In this document: positions 43,977-54,159 of the stretch, one piece after another
How positions within the stretch are numbered: position 1 is the stretch's first letter
How the letters are laid out: the number at the start of each line of letters is the position of its first letter
IMG/VR virus record: IMGVR_UViG_3300023174_005338
Span: 186,001-250,000 of that record
Length of the DNA stretch: 64,000 bases
Direction: 5' to 3' (one strand)
Program-made: the position numbers and the translations under genes
The notes under the pieces: model-generated
What the model saw: the letters and a program-made list of their open reading frames with translations, nothing else
What the model was told of the DNA's origin: nothing
Databases searched by the model: none

Positions 43977-45019
43977 TTGATTTGTTTCTCCATGTAATCG
44001 GTGTCACTCCAGTCATATTCATACTCATCACCGGCTGTGCTGGTGCGTATGGCATGAACATTAAGATGTGTATTTAATTGATGCCAAATTTCACGATAAT
44101 CTTCTGTTCCAAAACTGCGAACAAGATCCACTTGCCCTACCTGTGGATGTCCAATGGTCAAACTCTTGTTGTTTGGGTCAATGCCATTGGCCGTTAGCCA
44201 TTCGCGGAATTCCTTTAACTGTCGGATCTGCCAGGGAAATTCACCCGGATTGTTGGCCCACTCTATGTCAAAGTCGCCCGCGGCCTCAGTCTGATTTTTG
44301 AGGCTGGTGGTTGTGAGTTCTCCTAGTCTTGAGTCACGTCCTTCGTCCTGGAACACTTCCCAGTGATGTTTGCCAACGGCTTTGTTCACACCCACATATA
44401 CTCCGCCCAGACTGCGATTGATTGTGTCAATCCCAAACAGTTCATAGTCTTCTGCATCCAACACGAATCTTGGAGCTGATAGCCAGCACATGAGTTGGCT
44501 GGGTCTTTGCCATTCAGGTGCTGTGTGTTTTTTGCGCCACGATAGCTGCCAGCTTTCAAACTCGTGACACAGGAGATTTAATTGTCTGATGTGCCAGCGT
44601 GTGGCGTTGTCGGCACGCCAGTAGTAATCGCTGATGTGTCCGCTGCTGCCTTGTAGATCTTCAAAGTATCTGTGCAGTTGATTGAAATGATCGTGATTGA
44701 CTCCGCCTCGATCATCCACACTGTTGATCATATCAAAGTGATCCGTTATATGATATCCTATGCTGGAATTGTTTATGGCCTGTATGCTGAGATTTATTTG
44801 TTCCAATAGATAAGGGCCATTTCTAGGACCGTCTGCAAATCCAAAAAAACAATAGTTCTTTTCCAAGTGATAATTATTTTGTAGAAGATTGTTCAAAGCG
44901 GCCAGCCATTTGCGACTGAGACTGTTGTCATACACGTTGACATACACACGCAACACATTGTCTGGCGTGCCTAGATCTAGCTCTACAACATCAAGCGGTA
45001 ATTGATTGGTACCAGTCAT
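43964..45019 (-). CDS. Hypothetical protein
   Basis: 351 aa ORF coupled within the radical SAM operon. Confidence 0.7.
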   Translation of the reverse strand: MTGTNQLPLDVVELDLGTPDNVLRVYVNVYDNSLSRKWLAALNNLLQNNYHLEKNYCFFGFADGPRNGPYLLEQINLSIQAINNSSIGYHITDHFDMINSVDDRGGVNHDHFNQLHRYFEDLQGSSGHISDYYWRADNATRWHIRQLNLLCHEFESWQLSWRKKHTAPEWQRPSQLMCWLSAPRFVLDAEDYELFGIDTINRSLGGVYVGVNKAVGKHHWEVFQDEGRDSRLGELTTTSLKNQTEAAGDFDIEWANNPGEFPWQIRQLKEFREWLTANGIDPNNKSLTIGHPQVGQVDLVRSFGTEDYREIWHQLNTHLNVHAIRTSTAGDEYEYDWSDTDYMEKQIKCLG

Positions 45020-46298
45020 AGATATCCTGATTTGATCTTAGTATGTCGGCCATGGTATAGGAATCGCCACGTATTTGTTCTAATTTTAGCACACGACGTT
45101 TGCCTTTTGCAAGTTCTGCTTGCCATTGTTCAGGCCATTGTTCAGCGAATGTGGGTCGTTGTTTGAGTTGTAGCAACACATCTTGTAAGGCACCAGCAGG
45201 CAGTTTTGCTACCAGATTGTCTACGGTGCTGTCTAACAACGGTCTAGGCAAGGCCAAAGGACTCATAATGATATCGGGAGTAAAACTAAATATTACCTTG
45301 GCCAAGACATCCACTCCTAGCTCATCGGCTAGCTGTTGTATGTTTTCCACTTCAAACAGGCCAGGCAAGGTCAAAGTAAAGTCAATGCGCATTTGTCTGC
45401 GATGTCGAACATGTTCAAGGCCTTGTTTAAAGTTTACCAACCACCCATCGTAGGCCAGTCCTGTGCGGATGTATTCTCCTGTTTTTCCTGTTCCGTCGAG
45501 GCTGGCACAAATTTGCCAATCACGTAGATATACCAAGACATCACGGTAAAGATTACAACCACGCCAATACACGCGACTGAGATTAGTATTGTATCTTGCA
45601 TAAACATTTTTTGCATCTCCTAGTTCAATAATTCTGCGCATGTAGCGCCAGTGTTGTTCGTACATCAGTGGTTCGCCGCCCACCCAATAAACTTCTTCCA
45701 CACGATGTTGTTCCACAGCCAAGGCAAATTCAGCTTCAATCTGGCTGTCTTGATAGGCTGTGATTTGTTCGCGCACAGCGGGTTGCATCCAGGTGTTTTT
45801 GGGATTGCTCCAATCAATCATGTTGTGTTGACGTTGTTCGCTTTCCCACGCACTGGATAACATGTCTCCGCAAGTACGACATTTGAAATTACAAAGATTA
45901 CTGAATCTGTAATCCCAACTCACAGGTCGAACCCGGGTGAATCCATAGCGATCTGTAGACCTCATACATTCTTCATATTTGTGTTCAAACAATCGATTGA
46001 AATAATCTCTATATACATCAGTGTTCAATAACTTGTTGTTGCACACTTCGCATTCAGGCAATGTCTCGCCTTTCATCATTCTTAACCTCACGCTTCGCAT
46101 GTGAGGACTGTTCCAGTGTTCGTCTAGGCCAACCGGTTGATAGGTACCAGTGCCGGTGGCAGTGTCAATATACTGTTCAAAGTTTTGTGCAGGTTCTCTG
46201 CTGGCACAACACATGCGTCTTTCAGTTTGTGGACTAAGGTATGTGTGTGTCCATGGCGCCATGCACAAGGTTTCGGGTCTTTTAGCAGGGGCCGGCAT
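44991..46298 (-). CDS. Radical SAM protein with N-terminal twitch/SPASM-like domain
   Basis: CMAPW...MCC...CEVC; CNFKCRTC; VGGEP; NTNL. Confidence 0.88.
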   Translation of the reverse strand: MPAPAKRPETLCMAPWTHTYLSPQTERRMCCASREPAQNFEQYIDTATGTGTYQPVGLDEHWNSPHMRSVRLRMMKGETLPECEVCNNKLLNTDVYRDYFNRLFEHKYEECMRSTDRYGFTRVRPVSWDYRFSNLCNFKCRTCGDMLSSAWESEQRQHNMIDWSNPKNTWMQPAVREQITAYQDSQIEAEFALAVEQHRVEEVYWVGGEPLMYEQHWRYMRRIIELGDAKNVYARYNTNLSRVYWRGCNLYRDVLVYLRDWQICASLDGTGKTGEYIRTGLAYDGWLVNFKQGLEHVRHRRQMRIDFTLTLPGLFEVENIQQLADELGVDVLAKVIFSFTPDIIMSPLALPRPLLDSTVDNLVAKLPAGALQDVLLQLKQRPTFAEQWPEQWQAELAKGKRRVLKLEQIRGDSYTMADILRSNQDIYDWYQSITA

Positions 46299-47499
46299 AT
46301 TCTATCAATTGTGCAAATTCGGGTTCCACGGTGGCAAGATTTTGTTGTCGTTTGCGATCAAGATCGGCCACTCGCATGCGCAGTATAAATCCATCTAAAC
46401 TGGCACCATTGTTCATAAAATCAACGATTTTGATAAATTCATCCTGATGTTGTTGACTGACCTGTGCCTGACCAAGTCTTTGTGTTACTGTTTGTTTGAC
46501 CGACTCGGGCAAGGTATTGATACTGAAATAGTAGGCTTCATGCATCATATTCCAATACACAAAATCAAATGACTGCGTATCGATCCACGTGGCCAGGTCT
46601 TCAAGATAGTACACATTGAACACATTCACGGTACTACATACTTGTAGTTGTATATTGCTATGGCGATCACGCATGAGCGCAAATTTGTTTATATTTTCTA
46701 CCACCTCTGACCATACGGCATTGGTGCGTTGATATTCAAATCTAGCACCCACGTCATCGATGCTGAAAGCTATTTCCACAGTTTTAAAATGTTGCCATAC
46801 GTGCTCGGCCTGCTCAGGATACTGTGTGCCGTTGGTATTGTAGTGTATTTCTATGTTGCGAGCTAGACCGCGATCCACCAGGCGTTGCAACAGGTCAAAG
46901 TGTTCTTGTATCATGAATGGTTCACCACCAGTAAACTCGATGTATCTGATCTGATCTGATACTTGTTCAATCTCCTGCCAGAATGTGGGATTCTCTCTGG
47001 GCCAGGCACCTGCCCGCAACATTTGATAGTGATGATTGCTTTTGCGATCTTCGTCAGGTCCTAGGTTGGCCAGTTCTTCTGTGGCAAAGGTGCTTGAGCT
47101 CCAGCTACCACAGATACGGCATTTAAGATTACATATATTGCCCAATTTTAAATCTAAAAACATCAAAGGTTCGGCATCTAATGTCCAGTCTGTCACAGGT
47201 AACATGTGCTTGAGTCTGTCCAAGGTGTGCATGCGTTTGCTAGTACGGCCTGCACGTTCTTCTCTCCAGCACTTGCGGCATGTTTGTGGTTGTTCACCAT
47301 CAATAAACTGTTGTCTTAATCTGCGCATACTATGGCTATTTTGTATGGTGGCAAACTTGGCAGTGGCCAGATTAAACTTTTCTCCTGAGTTATCTACTAT
47401 TTCTTCTTCGGCCAAGCAACAAGGTCTCACAGTGCCAACGGGACTGGTTTCCAAGCTGACCCAAGGCAACACACAAAATTTATTGTGAGGTATTTTCAT
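46282..47499 (-). CDS. Radical SAM protein with N-terminal twitch/SPASM-like domain
   Basis: CVLPW...PCC...CRKC; CNLKCRIC; TGGEP; NTNG. Confidence 0.88.
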   Translation of the reverse strand: MKIPHNKFCVLPWVSLETSPVGTVRPCCLAEEEIVDNSGEKFNLATAKFATIQNSHSMRRLRQQFIDGEQPQTCRKCWREERAGRTSKRMHTLDRLKHMLPVTDWTLDAEPLMFLDLKLGNICNLKCRICGSWSSSTFATEELANLGPDEDRKSNHHYQMLRAGAWPRENPTFWQEIEQVSDQIRYIEFTGGEPFMIQEHFDLLQRLVDRGLARNIEIHYNTNGTQYPEQAEHVWQHFKTVEIAFSIDDVGARFEYQRTNAVWSEVVENINKFALMRDRHSNIQLQVCSTVNVFNVYYLEDLATWIDTQSFDFVYWNMMHEAYYFSINTLPESVKQTVTQRLGQAQVSQQHQDEFIKIVDFMNNGASLDGFILRMRVADLDRKRQQNLATVEPEFAQLIEYAGPC

Positions 47500-48848
47500 A
47501 ATTGTTTTAAAATTCTATGTTGTCTTCCGGCTGGTGCTCGAGTTGATTCTGGTCTATACTGCATGATCGCTTGCAATTCTGGAACCACATCAATCAATTG
47601 TTCATTGCGACACCAGTCAAGATCATCCACAGTGCGCCAAAAATCTGGCAGTAGATGTTGATTGTTCGTGGCCATCATGAACTCTATGGCTCCACGAAAT
47701 CCGCCCACAGCTCTTTGTATGGTATCAATAGGTTGGAGCCAGGCAATGTGATCTTCAAAATCCTGTTTGAATTGCTGTTTGATTTCTGGCGGCAACATGT
47801 CTATGCGATAGTTCTGAGGACCTTGCAGGATATTCAAGTTGAAATCCTTGGCCTCAATAAATCCTGATTCCACCATGTAGCGATGAAAACGAGTAAAGTT
47901 CCAGATGTTCATCATGCTAAGAGTAGGACTGATCATGAAATCTATGTGCGGACATTCTCTTTTGAGATCACGTATGTTTTGTTCTACTTTGTCCCAGTTG
48001 GTGCCTGATCTTATAACCTCAGCTCTGGCCCCCATGTCATCCAAGCTGGCAGCAACACAAACATTCGGAAAGTGTTTCCATAATTCTAACACACTTTCTC
48101 TTTTGTAGTTTAAATCATTGAGATTGGTATTGTAGATCAATCGCACATTGGTATTGCCTTTTTCAATCAGCAGTTTAAGAATGCGATTGTGTTCTTCCAT
48201 GATCAAAGGTTCGCCACCGGCAAAGTATATCTGTTCCAGGTGTGGAATGTGCTCTTGCATTTGTTCCCATACATCTTCTTCATGGCGCCCAGCAAAACTC
48301 ACACGTGGACGCAATTCTTTGCCCCAGAGTTTGACATCATCATCATACCACCGGCTGCTGAATATACTGCCACAACTGCGACATTTTAATTGACAGATGT
48401 TGCTGAATCTCACGTCCCAGTAGTGCAATTGAAAATCTGGGTAGGTTCCGTCGGGTAAGGTTTGATCTACACTGTCTATGAACTGTGCAAAGTTTTTGTT
48501 GCTGTTGTTACGCATGCTGGCAAAACCTGCGGCTTCTTGTTCATAGCAATCAGCACACTCTCGACAGGGCCGGTCATCCAACATGTTACGACGCATTTCA
48601 CGCATGGGCTCATCATTCCAAATTTCACGCATGGTCTTTTCTTTGAAGTTGCCCACTGGATGTTTGGCTACTCCCAAGCAACAAGGATAAGCACGACCGT
48701 CGGGCCAGGCATGCAAATGTATCCAAGGCAACATGCAGAACGAGTCCGAATCCATGAGTCGGTGACGTTGTTGTTCGGTAAGATCTTCTAGTTTGACGTA
48801 GCTGGGAACTCGGTCATTCCAGTTATATTTGCCTAATATTTTGCTCAT
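47496..48848 (-). CDS. Radical SAM protein with N-terminal twitch/SPASM-like domain
   Basis: CMLPW...PCC...CADC; CQLKCRSC; AGGEP; NTN. Confidence 0.88.
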   Translation of the reverse strand: MSKILGKYNWNDRVPSYVKLEDLTEQQRHRLMDSDSFCMLPWIHLHAWPDGRAYPCCLGVAKHPVGNFKEKTMREIWNDEPMREMRRNMLDDRPCRECADCYEQEAAGFASMRNNSNKNFAQFIDSVDQTLPDGTYPDFQLHYWDVRFSNICQLKCRSCGSIFSSRWYDDDVKLWGKELRPRVSFAGRHEEDVWEQMQEHIPHLEQIYFAGGEPLIMEEHNRILKLLIEKGNTNVRLIYNTNLNDLNYKRESVLELWKHFPNVCVAASLDDMGARAEVIRSGTNWDKVEQNIRDLKRECPHIDFMISPTLSMMNIWNFTRFHRYMVESGFIEAKDFNLNILQGPQNYRIDMLPPEIKQQFKQDFEDHIAWLQPIDTIQRAVGGFRGAIEFMMATNNQHLLPDFWRTVDDLDWCRNEQLIDVVPELQAIMQYRPESTRAPAGRQHRILKQL

Positions 48849-50182
48849 AATGTATCGTACCATTCTTTCAGCACAGGAAATGTCTCCGTAAAGTTTTTGT
48901 TTCTACGCTGATCGTATTGTGTATAAAACTGTCGGAAATCGTTGAGTAGTTTAGGCATGTCAAAGGCTTCACTGTGTGGAGTTTTCACTTGGTCTAGGTA
49001 TGCTATCAATCGCTGAGTGTGATTGACCTCATGTTCGTGCATGTAATCTTGATTGCGATGTTTGTCTAACCACATGATCAAACGATTACGATAATATAAC
49101 TTCAAATGCTCAGGCAAGACCAATGAGCTTTGAAAACTAGGAAATCTTAGAATATTCAGGGTAAAGCTCACACGTTCACGCCCATAGACCTTTTTCAATC
49201 GCACCAATTGATCTAAAAACGTGTCCAGGCTGTCTAAACACAAGGCATTGATGGTGCACATGACATGAACAGCACGTATGTGATCATGCTCCAAGAGTTC
49301 TTGCGCATTGTGCATCCAAAGATCATAGTCTAGCCCGTCTCTGATGTATTCGGCCTGGGTGCCGTGGGCTTCATTGCTGGTATAAATTTCCAAGTGTGGT
49401 ATATCCTTTGTTTTTTCCACAAACTCCAACAACTTGAGACGATCCATGCCTAGATTTGAGTTGATGGCCAGGCGTGTGGAACTTTTGCCTTTGTTGGTCT
49501 TGAACCAGTCAATCAGCCGCCACAGTTCACCGCTCATGGTAGGCTCGCCGCCGGTTATGCGGAGTTCTTGTAAGGTCTTGTGTAGATCGGATTCCCACCA
49601 GGCAAAAAATGCATCAACATAGGGATTTGATTCGCCAAATCGATACACTTGAGCACTGTCATGTTCGTGTGTGAAATGATTACGACCATCGCTGACAAGA
49701 TTTGTATAGGCGCCGTTGTTTCGGATATCCTTGACCCAGGTGCTGCTGAAAGCAGGATTACAATAACTGCAAGCAAACTGGCAGGTGCGATCAAACGCTA
49801 TTTCAAGAGTACGTAGATTCACGTCGTCTTGTGGCGGCGTGGCAAATGCCTGATCAAGGGCCTCTAAGGGATATATTTTGCTTTTGTAAACACGGTCACT
49901 GACAGCATCCACTCCCATGTCTTCAATCTTCCAGCAGTACTCACAGCCAGGCGGACGTTCACCGGTCAGCATTTGCACACGGTCTTGTTTCTTTTGTTTG
50001 GTGTTGTGTATAGCACTGGGATTGGTCTTGATTTCTTCTCGATCAATGGCATGTGCCGGTGGATGATGGCAACTGGTAGTCTGTCCTGATCCCAACCATA
50101 TGGTAGCATTGTACCACTTGGCCGCACAGAAGCTGGCACTTTTAGTGTCCAGGACTTGTTGTTTAAACTCCAGATCGTTCAT
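48845..50182 (-). CDS. Radical SAM protein (CxAKW/HPP subfamily)
   Basis: CAAKW...SCHHPP...CEYC; CQFACSYC; TGGEP; NSNL. Confidence 0.88.
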   Translation of the reverse strand: MNDLEFKQQVLDTKSASFCAAKWYNATIWLGSGQTTSCHHPPAHAIDREEIKTNPSAIHNTKQKKQDRVQMLTGERPPGCEYCWKIEDMGVDAVSDRVYKSKIYPLEALDQAFATPPQDDVNLRTLEIAFDRTCQFACSYCNPAFSSTWVKDIRNNGAYTNLVSDGRNHFTHEHDSAQVYRFGESNPYVDAFFAWWESDLHKTLQELRITGGEPTMSGELWRLIDWFKTNKGKSSTRLAINSNLGMDRLKLLEFVEKTKDIPHLEIYTSNEAHGTQAEYIRDGLDYDLWMHNAQELLEHDHIRAVHVMCTINALCLDSLDTFLDQLVRLKKVYGRERVSFTLNILRFPSFQSSLVLPEHLKLYYRNRLIMWLDKHRNQDYMHEHEVNHTQRLIAYLDQVKTPHSEAFDMPKLLNDFRQFYTQYDQRRNKNFTETFPVLKEWYDTL

Positions 50183-51230
50183 TGATATATTGGGCAAACT
50201 GTTGTGGGAACTCTTTACGAACTTGCAGACGAAGTTCTGCCAAGCGTTGTTGATTGTATTTACATTTATCTTCTGCAGCCGTTATAAAACTTGATAAATC
50301 TTGCCGGCAAAGATCGTTGACCACGGTCACTATGCGGGCCAGGCGTTCTTGATTGTTGTCAATTTGATCAAATGATTCATCTATCACGTGACCAAAGGTT
50401 TGAAATCCTAACTTGTGTATATCACGATAGTAGCCTCGGTTGGCTACGGCTATCCACGGGTGTCCAATTGCTACTGGCTTCCATATCTTTTCTGTTCTAA
50501 AACTGTACGGATAATCAAATACAGTCTCAGTTACTAGGCTAAAGTAAGTGTCGAGATATGGCCTAGGATTAAGATATATTTCGCCCCAATCGTTGTTGAA
50601 CAATGCCGGTTTGGCATATCCTGACATAGACATGGTAGTATTTTGTTTGTAAAAATCAAATTCATAACAAGCGGGTAAAAGTTTGATATCACCTGCTGCC
50701 GAGTCCAAGTTGGTCCACAGAGCTTGATCCAACACGTTGGCCAGATTGTCTAACAACTGTCGACGATGACGCCGTCCACGACCATTCAGACACAAAAACT
50801 TGTAAGGTCGCGAATCTGACCATTGATCCTTGTACTGCTGTATGGCCAAGTAGTTCTCACTGTAGTCAAGAATCTTGGGCATGAAGTTTTCGTAGTAAAG
50901 ATAAGGTATATCCGATTGCATGTGCCCACCCGAGATGATCAAGATACGACCTTGCTGGACCAGTTCTTGTATGCCCAGGCCTTGTATTTGCCGGAGCATG
51001 GTGTCGCTGCCTTCGGCTGGATTGCCCAGTATGGGTAGTATGGTGCCTTGAGTGGCTAGGTCACGTATGCGATCAATGTTGGCGTTGAACTGTTGACGAC
51101 TGATAAGATAGATTGCTCCGGGTATCACCTTGTGCGTGGCAAAGTCATAGAAAGATTCATCTTGCCAGGCTCTGGTGAACTCCTTGACTTCACAACATTG
51201 ATCAACAACCAGCTTACGATTGCCGAGCAT
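50163..51230 (-). CDS. Hypothetical protein, GT-B/fucosyltransferase-like C-terminus
   Basis: ETVFD...RTEKIWKPV...GFQTF...DESFD; start uncertain (51230 or 51257). Confidence 0.55.
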   Translation of the reverse strand: MLGNRKLVVDQCCEVKEFTRAWQDESFYDFATHKVIPGAIYLISRQQFNANIDRIRDLATQGTILPILGNPAEGSDTMLRQIQGLGIQELVQQGRILIISGGHMQSDIPYLYYENFMPKILDYSENYLAIQQYKDQWSDSRPYKFLCLNGRGRRHRRQLLDNLANVLDQALWTNLDSAAGDIKLLPACYEFDFYKQNTTMSMSGYAKPALFNNDWGEIYLNPRPYLDTYFSLVTETVFDYPYSFRTEKIWKPVAIGHPWIAVANRGYYRDIHKLGFQTFGHVIDESFDQIDNNQERLARIVTVVNDLCRQDLSSFITAAEDKCKYNQQRLAELRLQVRKEFPQQFAQYINERSGV

Positions 51231-52629
51231 GGTACTCACATTCCGCCCACCAGGCACTCATTTCAGGAAACACAGTCAAAAAATCAGTACCGTGCCTGCG
51301 ATCTGCTTCGTTAAAAAAGCGATAAAAGTCTGCTTTGTTTTGTTTTATATATGTGGGATCCAGTTGTTGGCCATCACGCATCCAGGCTATGTCACGATCT
51401 AGCCTAGCTATCTCATAATCTTTGAATCCTTGGAATCTGGTGGCTTCAGTTTCTGTTTGTCGTATCATCCAGGCCCAAAGATATTCTAACTGTTCTGCAT
51501 ACGACTCGGGCAAGATTTGCAGGCTCTGCCAGGCGGGTTGGCGCAACACCGGAGTATCAAACCATACTCGTTGATAAGTCTTGCTGTAAATTTTACGCAG
51601 ACCCAGTATGCCTGCAAACAAATTTGGAAGTCCAGTAACACTTAGATTGTTCATGGTCACGATAAATGTCACACTGTTACGACCAGGAATCTCAGTAAGG
51701 AACTGATTTACTCTGTCCCACAATAAATCAAAGTTCAGGCCGTGTCTGATGTATTCGGCCTGTGAACCAAAACTGTCAAGACTGACATACTGCATGAAGT
51801 GTTCAATCCGTTCGCCCTCACACAATTGTTTGACATAGCCTAGATACTTCTGCCAAGATTTTTCATCCACGCTGAAGTTTGATGTCACGTTCAAGTGTAA
51901 ATCTGGTTTGGGATTGTCCAACACATAGTCAAACACTCGATAGGTATTTCGATCTAGTAAAGGTTCACCACCGGTCATACGGAAGTGTTCCAGTTCTGGA
52001 TATAAGGTAGGCCACCACGCCCAAAACGCATCCACATAAGGGTTTTGTTCTCTTACTGGTATAGGACGATTACGCCCAACAAAGTGGCTAGGATCATTGT
52101 GGACAGTTGAAGTAGGATATCCACCATGGGTGTTAACTTCCTGCTGCCAGGTGCTCGAAAACTGCGGACTGCAATAGCTACAAGCAAGATTACAAGCATG
52201 ATTAAAATTGACTTCGACATAACTAGGGACAACATCTTCATCTCCGATTGAATTTACTACAACATCAAAGTCCTTGGCAGCCCAGGGCTCACCACTACGG
52301 TAGTGTCTATCTGATAATTTGTTGTTATCTTCCATTGCCCAACAATAGCCGCACTCGCTAGAGCGTTCTTGCCGTAACATTATCTTACGCTGTTCTTTTT
52401 TGTGCGGAGTATTATGTAACGCACTAGGATTGTCTGCTAATAGCTCTGCAGGAATAGGGTGCAGTGGAGGATGATAACAACTGTTGTTAAGCCCTGTGGG
52501 CAAGTGTAGGCTAACCTGTTTCCATTTGGCCAAGCAGAGTGCGGGGCCAAGATTCGCCTTCATGAACTCTGCATCGCCTAGGAATTTTGATTTAAAGTCG
52601 GTTACAACTTCATCGCCTTTGTTTTGCAA
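51214..52629 (-). CDS. Radical SAM protein (CxAKW/HPP subfamily)
   Basis: CLAKW...SCYHPP...CGYC; CNLACSYC; TGGEP; TSNF; TTG start. Confidence 0.88.
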   Translation of the reverse strand: MQNKGDEVVTDFKSKFLGDAEFMKANLGPALCLAKWKQVSLHLPTGLNNSCYHPPLHPIPAELLADNPSALHNTPHKKEQRKIMLRQERSSECGYCWAMEDNNKLSDRHYRSGEPWAAKDFDVVVNSIGDEDVVPSYVEVNFNHACNLACSYCSPQFSSTWQQEVNTHGGYPTSTVHNDPSHFVGRNRPIPVREQNPYVDAFWAWWPTLYPELEHFRMTGGEPLLDRNTYRVFDYVLDNPKPDLHLNVTSNFSVDEKSWQKYLGYVKQLCEGERIEHFMQYVSLDSFGSQAEYIRHGLNFDLLWDRVNQFLTEIPGRNSVTFIVTMNNLSVTGLPNLFAGILGLRKIYSKTYQRVWFDTPVLRQPAWQSLQILPESYAEQLEYLWAWMIRQTETEATRFQGFKDYEIARLDRDIAWMRDGQQLDPTYIKQNKADFYRFFNEADRRHGTDFLTVFPEMSAWWAECEYHARQS

Positions 52630-52630
52630 T

Positions 52631-53560
52631 TTACCAACCTTCTTGCTGTCGTATTACATCAATTTCTCTAGTCATTACACCACGGTTGTGCCAATTGCTT
52701 CTGTAGTGTTGTTTGAAGAAAGCACTCTCTGGCGCCATGACATTGAGCATGGGTAGATCTAGTTGTGTAGCAAGATCTTCGGCCACACGTCCGGCCAATA
52801 TATCAGGATTGGTATCTTTGACTGTGTGCCAAAGTTGTTCTAGTTCTGCAAAGTCTTGTACTGCTCGATGATTCCATTGCGGAGTGATCATGGTCATGTA
52901 TGTGCCCATTCTTGCCCCAGCTATAGCCCAGGCACCGTGTTCCACATCACGTCCTATGTTGTGCCATATGGTTAAATGATCTAGATTACGTTGATGCACA
53001 CGTTCGCGGAATTCTGCTATTGTAGGCCTGGCACCTCGGTTTAGGCACATCTTGACTCCTTCACGGAAGCCGGCACGCCATGCATGAAATGCCGATCCAT
53101 TGGGATATGTTGTTGAATAACAATCATGCATGGCCCAATACAATGGATCAAAACAAAACTCTACTTCGGTTTCTGCTGTACCGTTGGTAGCTTCATGCGT
53201 TTTCATATTGTTGGCAAAGGTTCTAGTCCATGAACTTAGTCCACCGTTACCGTACATGAGTCCGTTGACATGATTACGAGCACGCCAACGAAACACGGCT
53301 TGCTCATATTCTGGAGTAGAGAACTTCAAAGTAAGATTAAAAAACTGTTGATTAGGAATATTATCCCCGTCAATAAGAATAAAACGTTCGGTGTCGCTGG
53401 CACCAGCAGCGGCCTTGTGTGCAGCATCACTGCCTTTGACTCCATCAACTCTGCGGGCCCAAGGAATCATGTTTTTGATTTTGACCCATGTTTCTTCTTT
53501 GTTGGGCTCGTCGTAGGTCAAGTATATGCAGTCTAAATCTGCTATGTCAACTGAGTTCAT
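52631..53560 (-). CDS. Glycosyltransferase-like (GT-A) protein
   Basis: YLTYDEPN, VKGSDAAHK, LIDGDN (DxD). Confidence 0.55.
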   Translation of the reverse strand: MNSVDIADLDCIYLTYDEPNKEETWVKIKNMIPWARRVDGVKGSDAAHKAAAGASDTERFILIDGDNIPNQQFFNLTLKFSTPEYEQAVFRWRARNHVNGLMYGNGGLSSWTRTFANNMKTHEATNGTAETEVEFCFDPLYWAMHDCYSTTYPNGSAFHAWRAGFREGVKMCLNRGARPTIAEFRERVHQRNLDHLTIWHNIGRDVEHGAWAIAGARMGTYMTMITPQWNHRAVQDFAELEQLWHTVKDTNPDILAGRVAEDLATQLDLPMLNVMAPESAFFKQHYRSNWHNRGVMTREIDVIRQQEGW

Positions 53561-53903
53561 GATTTACCGTGTTCCATTTCACATATGGTTGATCCAGATC
53601 GACTATTACGCACACATCGCGAGGATCGCATGTGGTTCCATTCAAGTCGCTGGGTTGTAATTTTTTAACAGTGATAACCGATTTGATATAGGTAAGTTTA
53701 CCATCGATTACCTTGACATTAAACGGCGCCAATGCATACGTTGACTGATCCACTTCTACGTAATTACCAGGCAATTCCTCCATGCTGTAGATTATAGGAG
53801 ATCCATCATCATTGTAATACAACCTATAGAATATGGGTTTAGGTTCCGGAATAGCTCTCAAGATCGCCCAAAATTCTTCTTCGGTTAATGGAGTGTCACT
53901 CAT
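53547..53903 (-). CDS. Hypothetical protein
   Basis: Coupled ORF in minus-strand operon. Confidence 0.65.
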   Translation of the reverse strand: MSDTPLTEEEFWAILRAIPEPKPIFYRLYYNDDGSPIIYSMEELPGNYVEVDQSTYALAPFNVKVIDGKLTYIKSVITVKKLQPSDLNGTTCDPRDVCVIVDLDQPYVKWNTVNHELS

Positions 53904-54159
53904 CTTTGGCCTTTTGAAGATTACGTTTTTCTTGGATAGTCAAATGATCTTTGACTGTTTTATTGTGTCTGGGATTTGAACACATGGGACAATTGGGAAC
54001 GCCACAGTCCATGGCATGATGTTTGGCCAAACGGTGTGGTTCCTCTACAACTTTGTTGACCATGCCGTGGCTTTTGGCAATCTTTAATTGTTTCTCGATA
54101 GCAGCATGGTCTTTGTGTAGCCGTTTGCTGTGTTTAAATTTGTCTTGGTCTTTGCTCAT
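53896..54159 (-). CDS. Small basic His/Cys-rich protein
   Basis: HHAMDCGVPNCPMC possible metal site. Confidence 0.6.
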   Translation of the reverse strand: MSKDQDKFKHSKRLHKDHAAIEKQLKIAKSHGMVNKVVEEPHRLAKHHAMDCGVPNCPMCSNPRHNKTVKDHLTIQEKRNLQKAKDE

